Positions 51,193 through 60,000 of a stretch of 60,000 nucleotides of DNA are shown piece by piece (position 1 is the stretch's first letter; every line of letters starts with the position of its first letter). A model generated the notes under the pieces. The model searched no databases. It was not told where the DNA came from and worked only from the letters and a program-made list of their open reading frames with translations. A program made the translations under genes and the position numbers. The stretch is from Malacoraja senta (taxonomy: Eukaryota): the NCBI GenBank assembly GCA_038087875.1, contig CM075989.1, positions 10,418,001-10,478,000 of the forward strand. Reading direction: 5' to 3'.

Positions 51193-51320
51193 TATTTTTT
51201 CCTGATTTTATAATGGAGGTCCGTTGCTTCTGGAAGTGGGATAGTGACGCAATTAAATATTTTCTGCATCAACTGTGCAGCAAACAATTCCTGACCTCTG
51301 ATGTGCCTTTCCTTGTTTTC
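51193..51320 (-). CDS. Candidate coding exon (ENKERHIRGQELFAAQLMQKIFNCVTIPLPEATDLHYKIRKK)
   Basis: ttgtag|GAA...AATA|gtaagc; 128 nt, one open frame; weak pyrimidine tract; protein not recognised. Confidence 0.2.
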
Positions 51321-51887
51321 CTACAACTTTACAATATTAAAGAGATGGGTGTATGCAACTGGGAACTGGAGCTGATGCAGAGGGAGTTTAGGGTTAAGGA
51401 GAAAGGAGGCAGAACATGAATCCGTGAAAATGAGCTTGAGGGGAAAAAGGGGACGAAGGAGACAGAAGGAATAGGAAAGGAGAGGGAGAGTGTGGGGGGG
51501 AGGGGGGGAGACAGAGTAGGGAGGAGAGAATAGGAAAGAAGAGAGGGAGGGAAACATGGAAATGGGAATAAGGAAAGGAGGTTGAGAGATTTTCCTTGAC
51601 ATTACATTCTCTTGTTCTACTTGGAGCTTGGTGCAGTCGTTGTATTCAATATAAAACTGCGTCTCCAATGAGAATACCCAGGTATTTCATAGAAACAACT
51701 ATCGCATAACCAAGTTACAAAAGGGAATATTGCGGCAAAGTAGGCAGATGTTAAGGAGCTTTTTAAAATAGGGGAGAACATTTCCCTATAACCTTACAAT
51801 TCTTTTTATGTTCAATATGATCTCATTCCATCTAGATTCAATCTGCATTAACTGTCTCCAAACTTTAGACAGAATGTCAAATCTTTG

Positions 51888-51982
51888 TCTGAAGAAGGGT
51901 CTCGACCCAAAATGTCACCCATTCCTTCTCTCCAGAGATGCTGTCTGACCCGCTGAGTTACTCCAGCATTTTGTGTCTACCT
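51888..51982 (+). mobile_element. 95-bp Penelope-derived insertion starting at a hammerhead core
   Basis: CTGAAGA-A-GGGTC TC GACCC-AAAAT-GTC (G12 mutated); 14-bp TSD ATGTCAAATC(T/C)TTG at 51874-51887 and 51983-51996. Confidence 0.85.
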
Positions 51983-53819
51983 ATGTCAAATCCTTGGGTT
52001 TATACAGCTGGAGGGTGAACACAGAGATTACAGAGGGTTCAGAGAGAAATATGAGGTGGCTTCAGAAATAAAAGGCAAATATCTAGGAATGGAATTGGGC
52101 TGGATGATATTGGTGGTCAACATAAAGCCAAAACTAAAAATTTGAAGAACCGAGAAATTTTATTGCAATGGTTCTAAGAAAGACGGATTAAACTGTTAAT
52201 AGCTGGAACTGTTCTTGGAGGAATGTAGATTGACAGAGATGTACAAGACCTTGTTGATTGCTGATAAGGTCAGAGGAATGAAAGCTGATCCCATTAGCGG
52301 ATAGTTCAATGACCAGGGAGTGCAGAATTAAATTGACAGCCAAACAATTCAGTGGTGAGGTGTGGAAAATCTTTGATGTCTGGAGGTACGGTGACACAGA
52401 TTTAACCTGGTATTCCATAGGGAATTTGATAAATGTTGAAGGTAAAATAATTGTAGAGTTATGGGGAAAGAGTGGGCCAATGTGACTGACTGGATTATGC
52501 CATGAGAAACCAACATAAATTCAAAGGGCACATGGCGTCATTCTGTAATCATGATTCTAAGACAGTTAATGATGTAAACTGGTCAAAAAATGCTCCTTCT
52601 CGTCTGGTTGGAATAAGAATAAACAGGACATTCCTGTTGACAAATACAAATACATCCGGAACTGGTTATGGATGCAACAACCTGTTTATCTCAACAGTGA
52701 AAATCAAGACTGATAAGTGAACAGTCAGCGGTTGTAAAAAATAAACATCCTCCAAAACAGGCTGAATAATAGCAACACATGATCTTGAGGATAGTGGATG
52801 ACGCAACAGATTAGACATTGAGTCTCTCTCTTTTGGGGCTTGGGTTCAAATACTCCCCAGACACAGGATGGGAGACCCCTTATCTTTTATGTGAGTTGGG
52901 TTCCTAGTACTCCCAATAGGTCTGGACCAGATTAGGTTCTGAACATTAGTATGAAGTAAGAAAGCAAGGCTCAGGATACTCGGTGTTCTGTCCAACCAGT
53001 GAAACAACATATTGAAATATAGTCACAGCTGTGGTGTTGGAAACGTGGTAAACAATTGAAGCACAGCAATATCCCACAAACAGTGATTTAACAAATCGCC
53101 AATTAAACTTTTAATGTGATGCTGGTAAAGGGTTAAAATTTGGCCCTCTAATTCTCACCTTTTGGTCAACCCCCATTTTAATCAGTCTATCATGATCATG
53201 AGTAACTGTGTCATCAGCTGCCTGGGTCACAAGCTCTGGAATTATATCCCTAAGCACCTTATCTCCCATGACACCAGGTGTCTGAGGTTTCTTTTTTATA
53301 TAAGATCCATTCAAAGATAAGAAATAGGAATAATGTTAGGTTATTTGCATATTTGAGCCAACCCCACCATTCATGAAGATCATAACTCATCTAGATTACT
53401 ATTTTCTTTACCCATTCCATTATGCCTTGATTTTCTGAACAACAAGAAGTCTATCAGCCTGTTTTGAATGAACTCGGTGATTGAGCCTCCACAGACCTCT
53501 GGGATACAGAATTCCAAAGACTCACCACCCATTGAATGAAGAAATATTTATTTCCCTCACCCATAAACAGCTTTCCCCATATCTAAGATATGCTCTCTGC
53601 TTCTAGGTTCCCCAGCCTAGTGAAACATCTTCCCTGAAGGTAGCTTGTCAAGCACTGATGAAAATCTAATGAAGACCCAATGAAGCAGCTCAGCAATGGA
53701 GTGCCCTGCAGAAAGAATTGAGCAGTGACTCACTAGAGATCAAGAAAGAGAACAAATAATAGTTTTGATTACCAGGCTTTTCTGTTGGAGGAAAATGTCA
53801 CAGCTACAAATCTTTGCTC

Positions 53820-54500
53820 TCTTAATGAAATACTTTATTGGCACAGTTTCACTAAGATACAGTGAAAGACCATATGGTGTGCTTTCCAGGTAAATGATCC
53901 ATATATGATTACAACCAAACTATGCAGTATATAATGTTATAGCTACAGAGAATGTGCAGATAAAAGTAAAGATACAAGGGCTGTATCGAGGTAGATTGTG
54001 GAATCAGGAATGCACCTGAGGTCAATTCACGCGTCTTATAACAGCAGGTCATTGAATCTAGTGGTACATGCTTATACGTTTTTTTATATCTTCTGTCCAA
54101 TGGGAGAGGGAAGAAGAAGGAATGACAGGGGTATGAGTGATCCTTGATTATCTAGGTTGCTTTCCTGAGGCAGTGCAATGTGTAAAGTCATGGGGGAGAG
54201 GGGGGAGGGAGGCTGACGTGTGATGTACTGGTCTGATTCACAATTCAGTTGTCAAACTAAGCTGCGGTGGATCCAGATAGTATGCTTTCTATGGTGCTTG
54301 TGGAAATTGGTAAGAGTTATTTGAAACATGCTGAATTTCCTTCATTTCTGAGGAAGTAGAGACTTTGGTATGATATCTTGGCCTTAACATCCATTTGGTT
54401 GAACCAGAACATATTGTTGGTGATATTTATGCCTAGGAACCTGAAGCTCTCGACTATCTCCATTTCAGCACCATTGATATAGCCTAGGGCGTGTACTCTA
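53820..54500 (-). mobile_element. Decayed Rex1/Babar 3' remnant
   Basis: Reverse complement of the 55350-55830 motifs (cctgaagctctcgact; tttctgaggaagtag; tctttatt-type tail at 53835). Confidence 0.7.
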
Positions 54501-54514
54501 CCCCACTTATATTA

Positions 54515-55830
54515 GTGCGGATCTGCTGGCAGAGGTGTTCATAGACATCATTAATCTCTCACTATATTCTGTGGTCCTCACCTGCTTCATAAAGACCACT
54601 ATCATCCTGGTGCCAAAGAAAGGTAAGCTAACATGCCTTATTGAACCTACCCTCTAATGGCTCTGACATTCGCCATCATTAAGTGGTTTTGAGAGACCAG
54701 TGATGGCATACATTAACACCAGCCTCCCAGCCATCCTTGATCGACTGCAGTTCGACTACTGTCACAACAGGTCCACAGCAGCCGTTATCTCCCTGGCCCC
54801 ATACTCATCTCTGGAACACCTACACAACAAGGACTCCTACATTGGACTCCTAATTATTGACTATCACTTTGCCTTCAACACTATAATCTTATCCAAACTC
54901 ATCTCCATACTCAACCTAGAAATCAGCTCTCCAAATTCCGCGTATGTTGCAAAACATACTTGGCTAATAAAGTATGATTATGATAATGATGACTTTAGCC
55001 ACTGGATCCTCAACTTTGTGACTCACAGACCTCAATCACTGAGGATAGGTGACATCACCTCCTCCACAATAATTCTCAATATTGGTGATCCATAAGGATG
55101 TGTTTTCAGTTCCCTTATACACTGCTTATATATTCACGACTGTACGTCAAATTAATCTCTAATTCCATCTATAAGTTTGCAGATAACACCAGTGACAGGT
55201 CAAATCACGAACAATGATGAGATGGAGTATAGGAAGGGGATGAAGATATTAATGACATGGTGGCAGGCCAATAACCTCTCCATCTATGTCAGCAAGATGA
55301 AGCAACTAGTTGTTGGCTTCAGGAAGCATGGTGGAGTACATGCCCCTATTAGCCTCAGCGGTGTGGAAATGGTTGAGAGCGTCAAGTTCCTCTGCGTTAA
55401 TATTACCAATGATCTGTCGTAGACCAACCACGTAGGTGTGATAGCCAAGAAGGCATACCAATGCCTCTACTTCCTGTGAAACTGATGAAATTTAGCATAT
55501 CTCCAGTGACTCTTACAGACTTTTATAGATGCACTATATAAAGCATACTGTAGGGTTGCATCACAGCTTGGTTTGGGAATAGTTCTGACCAAGACTGCAA
55601 GAAAGTGCAGAGAGTTGTAACTTATAGCCCCATCCATCGCACAGATGAGATTTTCCATCATTGACTCTATCTACACTTCATGCTGCCTTGAAAAAGCAGC
55701 CAACATAACAAACAAATCATTCCTTCTCTTCCTGTGCCGTCCAGCAGAAGGTACAGAAGCTTGAAAACATTTACCATCAGACTCGAGAACAACTTCTTCC
55801 CTCATGTTATCAGGTTTATGAACTTCAAAT
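54515..55830 (+). mobile_element. Decayed Rex1/Babar LINE
   Basis: TTIILVPKK, LDRLQFDYCHNRST, LLIIDYHFAFNTI, WILNFVTHRPQ, NNLSIYVSKMKQLVVGFRK, PSSRRYRSLK. Confidence 0.85.
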
Positions 55831-57250
55831 TGTCTTCAATATTTAAAGTGGTTAATCCCGAATCAATTTGTAGCACCTTTCCCTTCCATCATGGATGGAA
55901 TCTCCAGAATGCTCATCAGTGGAAAATAATATTTGGGTAGGATGTAAAGTCAGTCTTCCACCTGAACCTGTGAAATTTACAGACCTCCAAAAACCATTTT
56001 CCAAGCATTTCCGTGGGTGTCCCACAGCTATAAAGCCAGTGTCCCATTGATCCTGTTGGATTCCAATACCTGTATAACTATTGTTCCTTCTGACATTGTG
56101 GGATTTCCACTCCTGTAAACTCACTGTCCTTCCTGATCCTGTAGGATTCCCACATTGTGAGTTGGCTGTCCCTCTGCCTGCAGTGGCCCTTTTAGTTAAT
56201 GCACTGAGTATTTTAGTTGTATGCGTTAATCCGCAGGTGGATTAACTTTCTGCTGGGTAAAGGGCTGATATGCTGCTGTCTACACATCCACCTCCCCAAT
56301 CATTTCCCATTTTCCAGTGAGGTCTTTAGAGAGGTCTGCTGAAATCGCTGGCGTCAGTCTGGCCTTGTTCACTCCCTTTTTCTTATTTTCACACGGGTGG
56401 ATACGCATATCAGTGGAAGTGTCTGTACAGATTGCTGAGCCTTGCCTGCTTAATCAGAGAGTGGCAGGGAAATAGCAAAGCAAGCTCCGAGTAACAGCTC
56501 AGTCTCCAGAATGCTAAGCAGACAAAGAAATAAATTCCAGGAGTGCGAGAAGCATTCTTGGGAATGAACTGTCATCATAGTCATTGCTCTTAATCGATGT
56601 GACAGGAATATGGCAGGCATTGCATCGCACAAATAAAACAGGGCGCCAGACTCTGTTAGACTTCCCTGGCAGTGTCCAGATCAGTACTGGCAAACCAATC
56701 CAGAGAAGTCCTCTCGAGATAACAAGGGTTGTTTGGCTCGAACATGCGAGCTGTAAGCCTCCACCCCTCCCCTCCTAATTATGAACAGAGAGACCCAGGC
56801 ATTTTATAGATAAACATTTTTTTTTAAGGTGGCTGAACTAGCTAAGGAGGCTGTTATAAGAAATGCAGCACAGGGAATTCTATGCTTTGTAAACCAAAGT
56901 GGTGAGCAGAGGCCTTGCTTCTGATAGTATGTCGTTGGAAAAAGCTGTAGGGCCAGAGGACTGACGGATAGCCAAAGTAATTTTTAAGAGGAAGAGAACA
57001 TGTCCAGGGAATTACAAACCAGTCAACCTAAGATTGGATGAAGGATGGTGGAAAACCAAAGGAGAGAGCTGAAGAACGTCTTGAAATGGAAAAACAAATG
57101 TTTTAAACTTAATGAACTTTTTGAAGAGGTAACAACGAGAATAGACAATGATAATACAGTAATTGTGAATTATCCAGATTTCAAGAAACCTTCAATTAGA
57201 TACTCCATAATAGAATATTGAAACAGCTCAAAAAAGTCACCAAATGGATT

Positions 57251-57372
57251 ATGAAAACAAGGAACTGCAGATCTGGTTTATACCAAAGTTGGAGTAACTC
57301 AGTGGATGAGGCACCATCTTTGGAGAGAATGGATAGGTGATCTTTCGTGTCGGGACCCTTCTTCAGCATTAG
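57251..57372 (-). mobile_element. Short Penelope-derived insertion with an intact hammerhead core
   Basis: Minus strand CTGAAGA-A-GGGTC CC GACAC-GAAA-G-ATC (57339-57366); flanked by CCAAATGGATT at 57240-57250 and 57373-57383. Confidence 0.75.
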
Positions 57373-57919
57373 CCAAATGGATTGCTGGCTGACCTCAGGA
57401 CAAAAGCAGACAGGTGGAGTTAAGAGTAGCTATTTATAGTGGAAGACAGTCAACAGTGGGGTACCCTATAGTAGACGGCTGCTGCTCACAGTTCACATAA
57501 ATGAATCGGGAACAATTTATAAATGTGTTGATGATGCTACATTGGAGGATGGATAGACAATATTGAAGGTGCAACAAATTTCTAGGAAGATGTTAGTAAA
57601 CTTGCAGGAAGAGTAAATAATTGGCAAATGAAGTCCAATATAAATGCTTGTGAGGCTGTATGTTTGTAAGGATCAATAGGGGCTCGGAAGAGGAAGAGGT
57701 CAGGTAGAGTATCAAATAGATCTTGGGATACAAATACACCAATTATTTAAGATTGTGCAGTGGGTTGGCAAGCTCATAAAAATGTTATCTGACCATCTGG
57801 AGCTCCTGGTTGCAAGCTATTTGAATTCCTCCTTCCATTTCAATTCCTCTTCTCATTCCCAATAAAAAGAAGAAGGATCTTGGTCTGAAAAATGGTGAAA
57901 GGAACTCTATTTTGAAATT

Positions 57920-58590
57920 GCTCTCCACAGATGCTGCCTGGCCTGCTGAGTTCTTCCAGCACTTAGTTTTTTTGCTCAAGATTCCATCTAATGCAGTCTC
58001 TTGCGTCTCTGACCCGTCTGTTCCCAGTCTATTTCCAGCCAAGGTGAGGCCACATGTAAACTAGAGGAACAGCGTCTCATATTTTACCTGGGAGATCTGC
58101 AAACCAATAACATAAGGATTGAATTCTCTAATTTCAAGAAACCTTCAACTCTTCATTGTCTTTCTTTCTCCTTCTACCCAGCCCCCCCCACACACTTTTT
58201 TCCATTTCCCCAGCCACTCCATATGTCTATCACCCACGTACTCCTCCCACAGTTACCATCTGCCATCCTACCACCCTTATTTGGTTCTATACTTTGTAAC
58301 CTATCAGATTTCACATCTGCTGCCCATGTTGCCTCCTATCACCTCCCAGCCTTTGTCACTTCACCATTCCCTCCCTCCTGGGTCCCATCTGCCAGTCAAT
58401 CCCCTTTATCTCGATCTACCTATAACTTGCCAGCTGTTGCTCACTTCTCCCCCCCCCCCCCCCCCCCGAACTATTTATTCTGGCTATCTCCCCTCTTTCA
58501 GTCCAGATGAAGGATCCTGACTTGAGACATCGAGTGTCCAGTTCCCTCCACAGCTGCTGCTTGGCTCTCTGAGTTTCTCCAGCTGACTTG
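57920..58590 (+). mobile_element. Penelope-like element 3' remnant with direct terminal repeats
   Basis: ctccacagatgctgcctgg..tgctgagtt at 57922 and a similar block at ~58545; EATCKLEEQRLIFYLGDLQTNNIRIEFSNF. Confidence 0.75.
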
Positions 58591-59438
58591 TATCAAACCC
58601 TGGCAAGACCACACTTGGAGCACTGTGTACATTTCTGATTGCTATGTTATAATGATATTGAGCCACTAGAGAGGGTTCAGAGAAGATTTCCAAAGTTGAT
58701 TCCAAAGATGAATAAACTATGTCTCTTATTCTTCTTGAGAAAGAAAGGCCTTGAAAAGTATCTTTAAAATTATGCAAGCTTTTGATAAAGTGTATACAAA
58801 AATAATGTTTCTACTTGTAGGAAAGAGCATACCTGAGTGTCAATATAAGATTCTCCCCAAGAAATCAAATGGGAATTAAGAAGAAATATATTTAGTGAGG
58901 GAATGGTAAGAATGTGTAACTTCTTTCCTAAGAAAGTTGTGGAGATGAAAAGTATAGATGTATTAAAGGGGTGGATAGTATGGAGCATAAGCACCTGTAT
59001 GAAGCTGAGTAATAAAGTGATTCACTTCTACTATGTCACATGTTCTGATCTGCTAGGAAACATTGCCCAGTTGTAATTAATTCTCCATCCAATGGCCCCA
59101 TAGAAAAATATCAATGCTTCAAAATAAGATCAAGATCAGTATGTAGGCGAGGCTGTTTTGTCACTGTACGCAGCTAGTACGAGACAATGGAAATCCACCT
59201 TCTGTTGCTTGTGATGAACGTCTGGTGTATGGGCATGAAACTCCAATTCTGAGGTCTGTGCCCTTTGCATGGAACAAAATTTGAAAGCTGAGTTTCCTGA
59301 ACTCATGTTATTATGACATACTTAATGCAAACAATTAAAGAAGATATCTGTTGTGTTGGCCCTTAAAACTAAATAAGAGAAACAACAATTGTAACTCGTT
59401 GCGTTTATAAGGCTTTTAAGTTGCAAAATTCCGCTAGG

Positions 59439-60000
59439 CATAGAAACATAGAAACATAGAAAGTAGGTGCGAGAGTAGACCACCAGGCCCATCGAGCCCG
59501 CACCGCCATTCGCTCATGGCTGAACACTAAACAGACACCCTTACCCACAAACAGTAGACACAAGACACAGAACACAAGACACTACCCTCCCCTTTATACC
59601 GCTATCACCCCTCTCCACCCCAAGAACCGCGTGATCTCCTGGGGGAGGCAAAAAAACGGATAAAAACCCAGGTCCAATTCGGGAAAAAAATCCGGGAAAT
59701 TCCTCTCCGACCCCAATCCAGGCGATCGGCACTTGTCCAGGAGATCACTCAGGTCTTACTATACTAACCATACCTAGGTCCATATCCCTGCCTTCTCCCC
59801 GTAGCCCCTTATCCCCTTGGCAGCTAAAAAACCATCTATTTTAGACTTAAATATATTTAATGTTTCTGCTTCCACTGCTCCCTGGGGCAGTGAATTCCAT
59901 AAATTAACCACCCTCTGGGTGAAGAAGTTCTTCCTCATCTCAGTTTTAAAGAGCCCCCCCTTATTCTACAACTATGTCCCCTAGTTCTAGTTTCCCCGAT
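59439..60000 (-). mobile_element. CR1 LINE 3' end, continuing beyond the window
   Basis: (CATAGAAA)n 8-bp tail; gaattccataaattaaccaccctctgggtgaagaagttcttcctcatctcagt. Confidence 0.8.

Larger units (their letters stand above)
56880..58995 (+). mobile_element. Old CR1 remnant, fragmented by Penelope pieces
   Basis: PGNYKPVNL; tgaactttttgaagaggtaac; gtggggtaccc; ggcaagaccacacttggagcactgtgtaca; gagagggttcagagaagatt. Confidence 0.7.

Noticed and set aside
52790..52870. tRNA-like GGGTTCAAAT B-box
   Set aside because: No cloverleaf; most likely a decayed SINE head, not a tRNA gene
55852..56780. Short ORFs in unique sequence, one looking like a signal peptide
   Set aside because: No recognisable homology and weak splice sites; cannot be supported from sequence alone

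Overview
Eukaryotic, repeat-dense vertebrate DNA. The repeat repertoire (HE1-type and Deu-type SINEs, abundant CR1, Rex/Babar, RTE and Penelope remnants) points to a cartilaginous fish, probably a skate or ray; this is inference, not a database result. No intact host gene is recognisable. Almost all listed ORFs are TE remnants or noise, and only a few weak minus-strand exon candidates remain. Main points: (1) a heavily deleted class III (ERV-L/ERV-S-like) endogenous retrovirus at ~28.4-31.8 kb with recognisable gag, pol and env pieces, whose four pol deletions all keep one reading frame; (2) about ten copies of a minimal hammerhead ribozyme motif carried by Penelope-like elements and by ~100-120 bp TSD-flanked derivatives; (3) a ~1 kb-unit tandem array at 9.8-14.0 kb; (4) a 5'-truncated L1 with a 15-bp TSD nested in an unclassified TIR element; (5) a probable solo LTR, three Helitron-like copies, a Harbinger-like MITE and several nested insertions. 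Family names come from recalled motifs, and boundaries of decayed elements are approximate.
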